Part shown: positions 1-13,469 of the stretch, in pieces
Layout: every line of letters starts with the position of its first letter
Numbering within the stretch: position 1 is the first letter of the stretch
Origin: Tubiluchus corallicola
Taxonomy: Eukaryota; Animalia; Priapulida
Direction: 5' to 3'
Length of the DNA stretch: 64,000 nt
NCBI GenBank assembly: GCA_030141605.1
Contig: JAQGDQ010002382.1
Coordinates: 186,001-250,000, forward strand
Position numbers and translations under genes: made by a program
The notes under the pieces: generated by a model
What the model saw: the letters and a program-made list of their open reading frames with translations, nothing else
Database searches by the model: none
Told to the model about the DNA's origin: nothing

Positions 1-240
1 GTCGTTGTTGTTGTGGTTGTTGCTGCTGGTGTTGTCATTGCCGCTATTGCTGTTGCTGTTCCTGTAGCTGTTGTTGTTGTCGTTGTCGTTGTCGCTGTCG
101 CTGTTGCTGTTATTGTTGTTGTTGTTGTTGTTGTCATCGTAGTTGTTGCTGCTGCACATGCAGTTACCGCTATTGCTGTTCCTGTTCCTGTAGCTGTTGT
201 TGTTTTTGTTGTTGTCGCTGTCACTGTCGGTGTCGCTGTA
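1..240. repeat. (GTT/GTC/GCT)n compound microsatellite
   Basis: Direct reading. Confidence 0.9.
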
Positions 241-519
241 CACGTTTAGTAGTTTTATTACCAGGTGTGGCAATAATGTGTATTTCTAGGACTGACTCTA
301 ATAAGAAAGCTGCCGGCGATAAGTTCACGCCATGCTTAAAAGTAATTATTGAGAATTAGCGACGTTATTTAATTCTTAACTCTCAGTGGATGTTAAAGGT
401 ACTGAAATGTTATCCTACAGAGCAAAAAGTAGATCTCGATGCGGTAATTTTCAAATCTCAGTCAGTAGAAGAAGCTCTTAACTTGAAAGAATTAACATTC
501 TGTATATCGCGTATAATGT

Positions 520-560
520 CGATAACGATAACGATAACGATTACCACAACCATAACCATA

Positions 561-595
<35 letters not shown>

Positions 596-762
596 AACGA
601 TAACGATAACGATAACAATAACAATAACAATAACAATAACAATCAAAATAGCAATAGCAATAGCAATAACGATAACGATAACAATAACGATAACGATACC
701 AATACCGATAACGATAACGATAACAATAACGATAACTAACGATAATGACAATAAAAAATAAT
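520..762. repeat. (ATAACG/ATGACG/ATAACA)n compound microsatellite
   Basis: Direct reading. Confidence 0.9.
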
Positions 763-1121
763 AATATGCCAAACAAATACGTACGAGAGAAAGAATCTCT
801 ATCTGCATCCAATGAGCATTTCGCATTTACCCATATTTCTTTTGGCAGCACTTAACAACGCGCCATTAGGCTCTAAAATCGAATACAGTCTTTGTATGAA
901 TAAGGATTTCTTTTTTCACTTGATTGAAAAAAACATCGTAAATTTAGTTGTCTTAATAATTGCCACTGTAACAGTAACATAGTGAAAAGGCCATATATGA
1001 CAGGGGTGGTGCCAAGAGCCAGAGTTGAAGACACCGGGGAAACCAAGCGAAGTGCAAGAAATATGATTTTGAGAATCTCTGTCTTAGTATAGTGATGCAG
1101 TGAATCGGCAGGCTATTTATG

Positions 1122-1740
1122 TTAAAGGACAAGAAAAGGGGTACCTCCCGTTGAAAGGATTTTTTGTTTGTTTCATTTCAAATACTCCCCCCCCCCCCCC
1201 CCCGACACTGTACCGATCGCGTCCTCATTACCTGATGTCATATATGCACAACGTAAATCAGGGGAAGAAAAGTACATGTTAGACTATGTCCCAAAAAACT
1301 TTCTATGCAAAGCTATGTTACTTAGCATTTCGCTTACCTGCTTAAATGACTTACGTAACTAGAATAGAAAATATTTAATTATTTAAAATGTTTTCACCAA
1401 TAGGTAAAATGTCGCTGTCTCACCCTCCAGGGTGCACCACTCACTAACCAAAAAACATATTTTTAATCTTATTGACAAGATACAGTAAATTAAAATTTTA
1501 CTTACTTAGTGACGTGTGCGCTACGAATGCTCAGATTATATTTCCAAATTTTACTCAGTGTTATCTAAACTTGCCTCAAATGACTTATCGTCAAAATGGC
1601 TGCTGCTAACTGTCATCGTGGGAGTTTCAATTTACATGTTTTATACAGCGTTAAGGCCGACGCAAACTCTGCATGCAAAAAGACAGTGCGTAAGTGGTAT
1701 AAATTTTGAAAACGAATTTTTTAAGCTTTATGTAAGTGGA
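1122..1740 (+). mobile_element. interspersed repeat family B (Kolobok-like TTAA|AGGACAAGAAAA end)
   Basis: Shared block GTGCGCTACGAATGCTC...TCAAAATGGCTG with 6880-7338 and 50763-51195. Confidence 0.65.
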
Positions 1741-2884
1741 CGGTATTGTGGAGGGCACAAGGGTATCCCTTTTTTAGTTTGAGGAAGCTCAAATTTGGCC
1801 ACCTACTTTGTCACACATGCAAGTTAATATAGAAACTTGTGACAATTTTCAAAAAAAATATCAATCTGTACTAAATAGTTATGCACTAATATATATTAAG
1901 GTTCATTAATGCTGTAATTGTAGCTTATATACAGCTAGATTGAAATTCTAAAATTATATACGGTGTGTGATGAGTATCCCAGTACAATGAGTGGATGGTT
2001 GATGAAATGGCTCTTTATGGAGGTTTATATTGTTCTCTTCTCTAACAGCTGGTAACATTTAGCAATGATACAAATGAGAACATTTGTAAGAACGATACGC
2101 TCGTATATAAAATTATTATTTTAAAGAAAATTTTCCGTTTTAGATCAGCTGGCTGCATATCGTTCTAAGCAAGTGACTTGTGCTTTAAAATTATTGCTGA
2201 CTTCGGGAAAAGTCACCAACAAAACACTACAAAATGTCACAGATTATCTGTGCAATGCACTAAGTCACAACATTTTAGCTCTGCTTTTGCGCATATGACA
2301 ACACAGATATCTGCTCACACATACACGCGCTGTCAAGGTGTGTTTGTTTATCGAGCAATTGTTATAGCAAATAATTTAGACACTACATTATTTAGCGTCC
2401 ATTAACGTTTGGGCTGCAGTACATAACAGGCCTACGCGTGAATAAGAAAAAACATTTTCCATAATGTAGTGTTAGCTTTCTTGTACTAAAGTTCTGCATA
2501 ATATGGTTCAGCAAAAATAATCAGGTAGCTTAAAATATTAAGAAAAAATTGTAGTCCATCCAATAGATGCGTTACATAATGTTATTTCACGATTTTATAA
2601 ATATCAATTTTATGGTCAATTTTAGTTGGTTACAATACGTAATAAACTATCCATCTTTGTAATAAAGGATTAATTCGACGTTATCGCTTTGTTCTACATA
2701 CAAAAGTGACAAATAAATTACTTCAGTTTCTCAAGAATCTATAATTACAATTAAAGACTCGCTAATATCCAGTGAGACGAATAACGAAATTTAAACACAG
2801 AAAAAAAAACCAAGATTATTCACAGTTGATTACAAATGTACAAACGTATTAAACATATGATAGAGCGTTCACTGCTTCGTTCTT

Positions 2885-3313
2885 TTAAAGGCAAAAAGGA
2901 TGATTTTTCATATCCTCCCCAATTTTGAAGTTCGGGAAAAAGATACATTTTAACGCTTATAATCACGCCAAGGCGTTTCTGATAATGAAATAATAAGCTA
3001 AAAACGTAATTAACGGCTGGTGAGCCCAAATAATAATGACATCCACAAGCGTACTGCACGTATTCGTAAAAAAAAATTGAAGTACACTGCTACTGTACAA
3101 TAATCAATGTGATTTAAGTTTAAAATTCAAATTTCAAGTTTACATCTGTTCTCATGCATGAGCTTTCGCATGTGTGCACTATGTCACAACTGAACAACTC
3201 TGGACTGAAAGGGACAGCACCTGTTTTTTTTCTGCAACACGTTTTCGAGATGCAGGCGCTGGTGCCCGTCTAACTAGAGACAGGTAAAATTTAGGTAGTA
3301 AAGAACTAGTCAC
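2885..3313 (+). mobile_element. Kolobok-like MITE family A, 3'-truncated copy
   Basis: TTAAAGGCAAAAAGGATGATTTTTCATAT start; shared internal motifs (AATTGAAGTACACTGCTACTGTA, ACAGCACCTGTTTTTT). Confidence 0.75.
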
Positions 3314-4411
3314 AGGCTGCTCAGTGGTGATAGTGGTGATACAATATCAAAATTGAGTTAATTAATTCCACTACGAAGTATACTCACTTTGCATCTAGCG
3401 ATAAAGCTTAATCAAGACGCAAAAAGCTTCTCAAAATGTGGAAAAAAGCGTCAATTATTTGACAGTTCATCTCATTTCGAGCAACTTGACTTTACGACAA
3501 ACATTTTTCGATTTTCGACTTTCGAGAACAAATAACAAATCACTTCTAGCCGCACTTCACAGCGATAAACCCTAAAAACCGGTGTTAAAACGCCGAGATG
3601 TCGGCGGTCTATACTTTACACGTCGGCGCGATGAAACCTGTCAATTTTTGCGTCGTTACGTCCTTTGCGCTCAGAGAGCAAAACGAAACTCACGTGGTAG
3701 CAGTTAAGTTCGAGATTGGCTTCATATAACCTTACCATTAGAGCAGTTCCTCGTGTGTTGCGTGTTAATTACTGCGAAGTATGCAGGGGTGGCAAACAGT
3801 GCGCGCAATCTCTGCAGTAACAGTAACTGTGTAACTCGGGGCAATCAAAGGTCAAGCTAATCTCAAAATTATGTTTTTTTAGATTCTACACGCATTCTTT
3901 GTCGGCTTGCTTCATTAATAACCTTGATTTTAGCGCTCACTTTAATACTCCTTGTTTAACATCGCTGTAAATAAGGTTACACGCACAAATTAGAAAAGCT
4001 AATTACAGAATGCGTAACATGTAATATTGTAGAATTCACTCTAGTATCTATGTAAAATTTTTTAATAGTTGTACAGAAATTTTTGCCTGCAAAAAAGGCT
4101 AATAAAGACTTATCATCATCATCATTTTGTCGGACTGCCATTAATATGCCAGCCAAATTGCCAATGTATAGTAGGGCTAGGTTAGTTCTGCTAGTAGTGT
4201 AAACTCTTAAAGAGGTTTAGAAACGTTTTAGTCGGCCAAAAACAAAAATCCTTTTTTCAGGCTGGTGACAGTCTATTATCGAGATATGCTGGCAATATAA
4301 ATTCTTACATAAAAGGGTTTGAACTGGCAATAGCCAAATGTCCTTTTTAAGCAGTTGAGTTAATTACTATGATTAGCAGCATAAAGCTGCCACAAAGAAC
4401 GTCAGGACGTT

Positions 4412-4436
4412 GAGACATTCAGACAGACAGACATTC

Positions 4437-4481
<45 letters not shown>

Positions 4482-4511
4482 AACAGACAGACAGACAGAC
4501 AAACAGACAGA
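4412..4511. repeat. (GACA)n microsatellite
   Basis: Direct reading. Confidence 0.9.
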
Positions 4512-4919
4512 ATATAAACACAGAATGAGTTGACATAAATATAATGCACGGATAGGAGGACGCAAAACATATTTTACATAAATATTAGATCTGTCAAAAA
4601 AGCTCAGTTTAATGCAAGAGTTGTTAGGTCAGCCGCCCTGATGCGCGCGATGAAAAAAAATCGCATATGCATGAGAAGAAAAAGGGAGCAAAGAAGTCAT
4701 TGGTCGTTTGCCACATACGTTAGACATTACATGCAGTTTTGTTGAGTTTGGCTTTTCAGCTGGCGGTGAATTACTATTGTCCATTGTGCACACTTAGCGT
4801 GACCTTCCTAGCAAATTGAAAGTTGATATTGCAATACAAAAGCCGTAACGTAATCTTGTACTACAGGTTATCTTCTTTGCACAGACTGAATAGGAAGCTA
4901 CAACGTACAAGTTGCAGGC

Positions 4920-5504
4920 TTAAAGGGAAACAGGATGATTTTTCATATACTACCCCATTTTCAAGTACGGCAAGTAGTATACTTTTTAACAGGTGCAAAA
5001 GCATTTCTGATAAATAATATATTAAAATCTTAATTAACGGCGGGCGAGCCTAACAAGTGATGACATCAACATCTAACATAATTTTTAACATCAAAAACAT
5101 TCGCTGAGCGCATGCTTCCGAAAGCGAAAATTGAAGTACAGTGCTACTGTAAGAGATTCAGTGTGTTGTAGTAAAACTCGGCAAGTTTTAAGATAAAAAT
5201 TCAAATTTCAAATTTACCGCTGTACACACGCAAGAGCTGTCGAACGTGTAGATTTCGTCACAAATTAGCACATCCGAACTGAGAGGCACAGCACCTGTTT
5301 TTTCTGCAACTCTTTCCGAAATGCAGGCGCTAGTGCCCGTCCAACTAGCGAATGGCGAAATGTATGTAACAGCGAAAAGCTGGTGGCGCCAACGCGAAAT
5401 TGTGTTTGTGTGGTAATAATTCTTTCGCGTAAGTCATTTTTGAAAAAAAATAGTATGTTATTGTTTTGACTTACAGTTTAACATTGGGTCCGGTTTTGCT
5501 TTAA
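4920..5504 (+). mobile_element. Kolobok-like MITE family A, complete copy
   Basis: TTAA|AGGGAAACAGGA ... TCCGGTTTTGCT|TTAA; internal identity with copies at 2885, 15911, 19445, 46368. Confidence 0.8.
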
Positions 5505-6365
5505 AAGGAGCTTAACAATGTAAAGCCCTTAGAGCGGTGGTCAAAACCTGATGGTCCAGCGTTGACCTAGCTCACAGTGCTGATCAAGGTTTTTTAACTT
5601 GTGTTAAGCCAATTAACATTTTGTTAGTAGATTCTCGCCCCTTGATGTTTTAATCTGGCCTTGACTTAGTCTGATATTTGGACTTGAACTGGGTTAGGTA
5701 TAGGTGGGTGCCAGTAATATTTCAATTAACTTTAGTTTCAGCTATGTCGTTGCTGACAAGTCTTCTTGAATAATAACGTTGATCCCCTGATAAAAGAGAG
5801 GTCTGCTACATTTCACGTACACGAAGCCTCTGCAGAGTTGGCCACTTTCCAAATGGCGCTCCAGCACTCAGCGACAGGTCCTACTATATGTACATGTTTG
5901 TGGCGAGACCGGTGCATAGCTCGTTATCAAAGATTAAATATTAGTTAGATTATTGAGTGAGATTATTAGTGACCACACAGCTAATAATCACACCCTCTAC
6001 ACCAGCTTTACTTATCTAGCTGCTTTTAAACACGTTAAGTGATGTTTTTCAAAGTTTATCCTCACAAAATCGTCTGACATGATGATGTAAAATGTTATGA
6101 CATGCTGTAAGTTAAGTTATACTTTTAAGGCCACGTATCCACTAAAAGTACAAACAGACACGCACAGAAACAAATTTTTTCCTTCTGACATTTTCTGCTG
6201 CAAAAACTGCATCAGCTAAGCACGCGCGCAACGCAAGAAAGCTTGAAAATAAATCTGATATGTGGCTGAAATACTGTTAGAACAAAATATAATTTTTTTA
6301 CTCTAAAAAACTTTTAATGTTGTGGTAAGAAAGGGTTCAAACAATCTTTGAAAAAAGAGCAAAAT

Positions 6366-6702
6366 AAGTAAACATTATAAGTTGTACAAGACGAAAACAA
6401 AACTAATATATTCGTTAGTCAAAGTAAACATTATAAGTTGTACAAGACGAAGAGAAAACTAATATATTCATTAGTCAAAGTAAACATTATAAGTTGTACA
6501 AGACAAAGAGAAAACTAATATATTCATTAGTCAAAGTAAACATTATAAGTTGTACAAGGCAAAGAGAAAACTAATATATTCATTAGTCAAAGTAAACATT
6601 ATAAGTTGTACAAGGCAAAGAGAAAACTAATATATTCATTAGTCAAAGTAAACATTATAAGTTGTACAAGACAAAGAGAAAACTAATATATTCATTAGTC
6701 AA
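6366..6702. repeat. 56-bp tandem repeat x6
   Basis: AAGTAAACATTATAAGTTGTACAAG...TTAGTCA restarts at 6366, 6422, 6478, 6534, 6590, 6646. Confidence 0.95.
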
Positions 6703-6879
6703 CGCCTAGTTTAGAGAAACCATTTGTTACTGCATTAAAGTATTTTAAATTTATACAATAAACTTGTTATGGAGCCTTACAGCTGTTAGGTATTTGGACT
6801 AGTTGCTTATTATTTGAAATTTTCGTTTTTCATGTACATGTTAAGTGTGTAGAATATTAAAAAGAATAATCTACGTAAT

Positions 6880-7338
6880 ACTTTACACACAAAGCTATGT
6901 TGTTTATCGTAACCTGCTTGAGAGACTTACGTAAGTAGAAACGAAAATTCTTACTGTAATTTAAAATGCTCGCGCCAACTGGTTAAATGTCACTGACTCA
7001 CCTTCCCAATGTGCACCACTGACTCACAAAAAACGTATTTTTAGTCTTAGTGTGAAGATACAACAATTTATCTTTTTGCTTAATGGTGAAGTGTGCTCTA
7101 CGAATGCTCTGACTATTTTTCAAATTCTACGCAATGTTATATAAACTTGTTTCAAACGACTTACTGTCAAAATGGCTGCTCTTAACGGTCTCATTGCGGA
7201 AGGTTAAATTTACAAGTTTTGCACAGCATTGCTTCTAATACAAGCTGTATGAGTTATAAGGCAATACGTAGGTGATACAAAATTTCAAAACGAATTTTTT
7301 TCACCTTTATAAATGTAATGGTTTTTCTTGTGTTTTAA
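6880..7338 (+). mobile_element. interspersed repeat family B copy
   Basis: Colinear with 1290-1740; right end TTTTCTTGTGTT|TTAA is an imperfect inverse of TTAA|AGGACAAGAAAA. Confidence 0.7.
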
Positions 7339-7495
7339 ATGCACGTTATGCATAAAAGTAAATGAATGGATTTAGGCCGTAACTTTACGTACCGAGCTAC
7401 ATGTATAGGTTTTTCCTGTAGAAGGCATGCTGGTGTGACACTTTTCTTCTGGTTAAAGCCGGACATAAATATTCAATTACCTATTTATTTTAATG

Positions 7496-7958
7496 TCATC
7501 TCATCTCATCTCACCTCATCTCATCTCATCGCATCTTCTCTCCTCTCCTCTCATTGCATTTCGTCTCACCTCACCTCACCTCAACTCAACTCACCTCATC
7601 TCATCTCAATTTACCTCACTTCATCTCATTTCATCTCATCTGATCTCAACTGATCTCATTTCACCTCACCTCATTTCATCTCATCTCATTCCATCTCAAC
7701 TGATCTCATTTCACCTCACCTCATTTCATCTCATCTCATTCCATCTCAACTGATCTCATTTCACCTCACCTCACCTCATCTCATTTTATCTCATCTCACC
7801 TCATCTCAACTCATTTCACTTCACCTCACTTCACCTCACTTCATCTCATCTCATCTCATCTCATTTCACCTCACCTCACCTCACCTCATCTCATCTCATC
7901 TCATCTCATCTCATTTCGTCCCACCTCACCTCACCTCATCTCATCTTGTCTTACCTCA
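7496..7958. repeat. (TCTCA/CCTCA)n pentanucleotide satellite
   Basis: Direct reading. Confidence 0.92.
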
Positions 7959-8732
7959 ATAGATTTTTTGTACAACGTGTCATAATACATACACACATTA
8001 AGCAATATAAATTTATATATATAAGCAGAATTAATCAACAAAGAAATATTTTAAAACTTGCTGTTTTGAATTAAATTGGCTCAGAGTCATTATTGCACTG
8101 CGTGGTCTCTGTAAGGAATTAGAGGGGTTTCTGCGGTTCCGTGGATATGCGCATTCATACATATGCAAATTTTGTGATGAAAACTGAGAGTCTTTGCGGA
8201 CTATTGCGAGCGCAGTGGATACGCACCCTAAGTTATGCTGATATTATCCTTGAATTATTGGGCCGCATTAAACAGGAAGGCTTGTCCACATCACGACATG
8301 ATTGATCAAGATTATTGACCAAGATTATCATTTTCACAACACTGAAATTACACGGAGCGTGAAACCCTTTGAAATCGAGCAACAATACAGCTCCTATCAC
8401 GCACGGTAATAATTAAAGTGGGAGAGAAGAAATTGGATGAAACATCTCAAACTTCCATCAAGAAAAGTTGAGCATTTCGTCCTTGAGTCTTGTCAGGTGG
8501 TTATTAATCTTCCTGAGCTGATCTCAGTCACAAAAGTGCAATGACAAAATATAGCAATCATTCTGCAAGCGACACCCACACAGTGGTGGATTTAGGACAG
8601 GGCCACTGGGGTTGCTGCTCCGGGGCTTCCACGTAAGAGGGTCCTCCATAATGTGCATATAATCAAGTTCATTTACTACACATTGTTGACTTTAATTAAC
8701 TAAATTTATGATAAAACAATAATAACAATCAT

Positions 8733-8916
8733 GACTGACTGACTAGCTGGCTGGCTGGCTGACTGTCTGACTGACAGACTAACTGACTGACTGACTCATT
8801 GACTCACTCACTCACTGATTTGATTTAACTATTTATTTCGAACTGACTGACTGACGGACTGCCTGCCTGCCTGACTTACTGATTGACTAACTAACTAAAT
8901 GAATGAATGAATGACT
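8733..8916. repeat. (GACT)n-type compound tetranucleotide repeat
   Basis: Direct reading. Confidence 0.85.
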
Positions 8917-11459
8917 TTTTGGATATTTACACATTTTACTTACTTTCTTAGACTTAAGTTAATCAGCCATTAGCGATATGTCATCAAAGGATTCAAAATT
9001 GCTAAAAAATACAATAAAGAGGCGTTTGGCGGACTGTGCTATGAGAGCTTACATCACTCACCCAGATGCTCTATAACCGGTTGCTCTGGGACGCCTACAT
9101 TTCTTAATTCAATCTGTGCTCACGAGACGCTAACCAACACCTTACAGAGACAATTTGGGATACCTATTTTTGCATAACGCCGTGACTGACCTAATGTACA
9201 AACTATCGATAATTTGCAGCCATTTTAAACATTAAGGTGCGTCTTAAATACGATAAATAATTCAAAGATGCATTCATCTTAAACCGCCACCTCCAAATAG
9301 TGCACATATTAGAATTAGAATTTCGTGAAGATACAATTGCACTTACTTCTGCTTCCATACACTGCGTGGTCATCTAGAATCTCATTGACTTAACACGATG
9401 GGTAGATGATAAAAGATATATGTTCGTCCACAAATGCACGTTCTTTACATTTAGCACATGGCTTCATCAGCATTCTTAACTTCTACTTCAACTAGGTAGC
9501 GAAAATGCGATTGGTTGACATTATTAAAGGAATCATGATAGTGAGGTAACTTTTTATTTGCATGTCTATTAAACTTCGTTCATTAGAAAAACAAATAACC
9601 GTTCACAAATACAAATATTATCGATGTATAAACGTTATTTGTACACAGTCCATCTTGGCGCGAGTGAATCATGAGAGTACGCTGCACAAAATTACTTGCC
9701 TCTGTCGTGGGATAAACTTGTTTCAAAATTGAAGCCAAGTCAAGCTTAACCGGCTTATCACTTGCACTGCCTATTGGTCGCCACTAGTTAAAGTTGAGTA
9801 AACAAACACAAGTTTATAATGTCAGCTAAAACTTTCAGTATGGAGGAAGTTTTTATTCAACAAAAAAACGATTAGCATGTAACAGAAATTATTTAGGACA
9901 AGTGTACAGCTGAAAATGTATGTATTATGCGAACATCGGATAATTCGTACAAGCGCATCGTTCGTATTAACCGAAGTTATGCTTGTGCCGCCATAGTCTT
10001 TAATTACAGCTTGCATTTCGTGCAGATTTGCTTTTTTGGATACTGCATGTTGTTTCTGATGTGTCATCACGATTGTTTATCATATTACAAAAGTTGCTAA
10101 ACAAGCGCCACCTTGCTGTAACCTTGGGTGTTACGTAAACTTAGCACATAGAAAATTCAGCGCACAAAGGGTTAGAATGACAATGGATGTTAAAACGACA
10201 CCCAATTAGCGTGACACTTGAGACCCAAAACTCAATTACCTGCAGACTAAGTTCAAGTGACAACTCTCAATTAACAGAGGATGTTTTTAACTTAGAAACG
10301 TTTTTTAAAGCTTTTGTTCTGAAATATCTAACACTCTGAGGAGATTTTGTCAGACAATAATATCAGTAATTCGATGAACAGATAATAAATTTACACTACT
10401 GGATGTTGTCTTAATTTACTTTGGCAAAATTTGGCTGTGCACCACAGAGTCCTGTGACAGTGGAAGCTATTACAGCGGTCTCCTCCAGAAAGGAGAGGAG
10501 CGTCATTTCCAGTGAGGGACTTCTCTTATACGAGCATCATAAAGAACATCATTAAAGAAAGCAAGCTGTGCTTCAATAAAAACAAACTTTATTAAGAAGA
10601 CTTGGTCAGAAGTTAGATGCTCAGGTTCGCTTATTTTCGTTTTCTACTCCCGCCCTAGAATCTCTCTTGAATAAGTCCATTTATTTACAGCTGTGCTGCA
10701 AGACTTACCAGCTGAAAAATCAGAAATCACCAAGACAACATGGTGATTGTGGAAAGTGCTATTTTTGGTGAGATGCGCTCCATGCATGGAGGTTAGTGAG
10801 ACATAGGATGTTTGTAAGAATTAAAAGCGTCTGTAGAACATGTGTTTATCAGTAAGAGATTGCCACTTCATTTTCTGTATACATAATAACACCAAAATTA
10901 TGTGTTTATTTATATTTACGTAATACAAATTACAGTGATAAAATAATTTCTCAGTTACTAAAGTAAATTATGCATGCAAACTACAGACGATATTACGATA
11001 AATAAAAAGTTAAAACTGGCTGAAATATATGGTGAAATGTGCCAATATCGTACACGTCGGACAATTCGTTTTAGGCTTTTACAGAATATAACAAGATAGT
11101 ATAGACACTCTTTTTCCTTCCTTCCTTTTCCACCCTTTCATTAGTAAAAGAGAAGAAAAACAGAGTTTATTCCACTTTGTTATTTTTGGTACAACCTTGA
11201 AGCTCACTGTTCGATATTAGCCCAATATTTTACCCAATATAATTTTATAAAGCATTAAAACGATTCTGCATTAAATTACGGTAAGATTAAACAAAGAATA
11301 AAAAGAAAATGTGTCTCAAATGTGAGCCCTTTCTTTAGGCCGTCCCTAGCAGAAGTGAATGCTTGACTGAGATTCATTTATTTACACTCTATGAATGAAT
11401 GTCTTTGTGCACGAGTTACAGGAAGCTGTAACTCGTTAAAACGTAAAACGTTAAAAATG

Positions 11460-12381
11460 AAAACTTTAGAAAACTAAATACAATGCAAAACTACGCACTT
11501 AGATTAATTCATGGCTCCTCTAACAAAACTGCTAAACAACATGCTGCTTCTGCAACAAGCTTAAGAGCGTCCGCAAAAATACCAATATCAGAAGCCTATC
11601 GAGATTACAAAACACTGATATTTCTTTATAAATATATCAATAAACTGAGCATTCCATTTATAAACAATCCCTTAGCATTCATTCCTGATACCACTTTAAA
11701 CAATAGAACACACAATTTAAAGCAAATTACAGTAAACAATAAATTTGGAAATAACTCTATATCAAAACAGGCCATACATTTATGGAACTTACTACTCAGT
11801 GACATAAAACTAATAGAATCTCTCCACCAATTTAAAAAGAAATTAAAAGAATATCAATATAACAGGTGTCAAGTTCCACATTGTGCATCTGATACTAATT
11901 ACACAGACTCAACTTTCATCTACCCCCGCCCCTGACTCCATAAAACGATTAAAAAAGTAAAATTTTTAAAAAATTATGTAATGTAATACGTGTTACGTCA
12001 GTTTTGTAATGTCAAATGTAAAAATAGTGAAAGTAATGAGTTAACATTAACAAAATGTAATGAGTGAAATTTATGTAATGTAAAGCATGTTTCTGTTGTG
12101 TCATGAAAAATGTATATATGTGTAAAATATGTCATGTAAAATTTAATGTACTTTTGTAATATTGTTTTGTAAAAATATTTTAATATTGTGTTTGTAAATA
12201 TGTTCATTTATTGCATATAATTAGGCCTTAGTTTTGCACTTTAGTTTTTTTTTTAGTCTGCACTGGACGCATTTGTCTTGAACAGTGTTGTTATTTTAAC
12301 ATTACGCTGAGGATTACTCAATTTTATTATAATGAGTGAGCCATTTTAATGACAAATAAAGAATTAATATATATATATATA
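11460..12381 (+). mobile_element. 3' end of a CR1/L2-group LINE (ORF2 C-terminus, 3'UTR, (TA)n tail)
   Basis: ORF 11483-11935 QNYALRLI...FLYKYIN...NKFG..SI...AIHLWNLL..DIK..ESL.QFKKKLK; same 3'UTR recurs at 46085-46228. Confidence 0.75.
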
Positions 12382-13469
12382 AGCCATGTGATTTTGGCAA
12401 TTGTTTTGTTGGAGAAAAATGTTACAAATAATCCGCTTTACGTTCATTTTCTGGTAATCTCTAATAATAGCCTAGGACGCCAAAGTTTGAGGAGCGTCAC
12501 GTTTTAGACAAAATTCTTATTCTCCTCGGAAAATGTGCATACTTTCATATTCATGTAAACGGCGCATGTTATAACACACCACAGGCAGTTACTCATCTCC
12601 CCTTCTATATATGTACCACATAACAAACAGATGCAAGGTATTACACAACAAACAGTTGCGCAATTGCACGAATATAAACGCTGTGCAAATACACATAAAT
12701 AAGAATGATCACGTAGAAACTAGGTTAATAGTGTTTCTAATACACCACAAGTAATTGTTTAATCTGCTCATTGCATTAACAGCCACAAATTCACAATAGA
12801 GATGGGCAGCACAGAACTAGGGCGTCGCAAAGTCTTGATACGCCCCTGCTAATAGCGCAGGTACTCAACGAAAAAAGTAGTTACTAGAATAGCAATCTCA
12901 TGTAAATTATAGAGACATATAAAAACATGCGATAAACTGATTTGAGGAAAGCAGGAATAATGGTGATCTTGTCATGGAACTTGGGATATATAAGAACGCT
13001 AACGCTGTTGTTTGAAATTTCCTTAATGTCTGCTGTTCGTGTAACACTGGCGTGGCTCTTTGATATCGATTATTTGCAAGTTACCACATGGACGTGGATC
13101 GTCTTGTGTTTTTGTTTGCGGAGTTTTTTTTTGTTTGCTTGCTTCAAATTTTTGCTCACTGTTTGTAAGTTGGTTTTCTTAACTCAAATAGCAAATGCTC
13201 GTGGCCCAGAACGTTTAAAAAATTTTATGTGAAAAACTACAAAACCAAACGCCAAAAAAATGTTTCACGTATTAAATAACTTGTAAATGTGTTTGGGCAA
13301 CATTCCGGGGATTTTTCCTTGCACAAGTAAGATGCTGGAAAGCAAACACAAGTATACGTAGATGATTTTAAGTTATTTTCATTAATGGAAATGCGTTCTG
13401 CAGGCTTTGCTATTTATTACATGCAGAAATGGGATGTTTTGTGTGTCAGTGCAAAACCAGAGACCTCTC

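Noticed and set aside
13-851. Poly-Val, poly-IT and poly-YR ORFs
   Set aside because: Translations of microsatellites; same applies to ORFs at 7366-7753, 16921-17195, 25870-26392, 28269-28841, 31512-31901, 33940-35144, 37166-37627 and 43002-43301.
6366-6702. CRISPR-like regular array
   Set aside because: Whole 56-bp units repeat with no unique spacers, no cas genes, eukaryotic context.
8581-9116. hAT MITE starting CAGTGGTGGATTTAGG
   Set aside because: Left end looks hAT-like but no matching right TIR or TSD could be established.
11483-11935. 150-aa ORF as a host gene
   Set aside because: Matches the C-terminus of a LINE ORF2 and is followed by a LINE 3'UTR that recurs at 46085.
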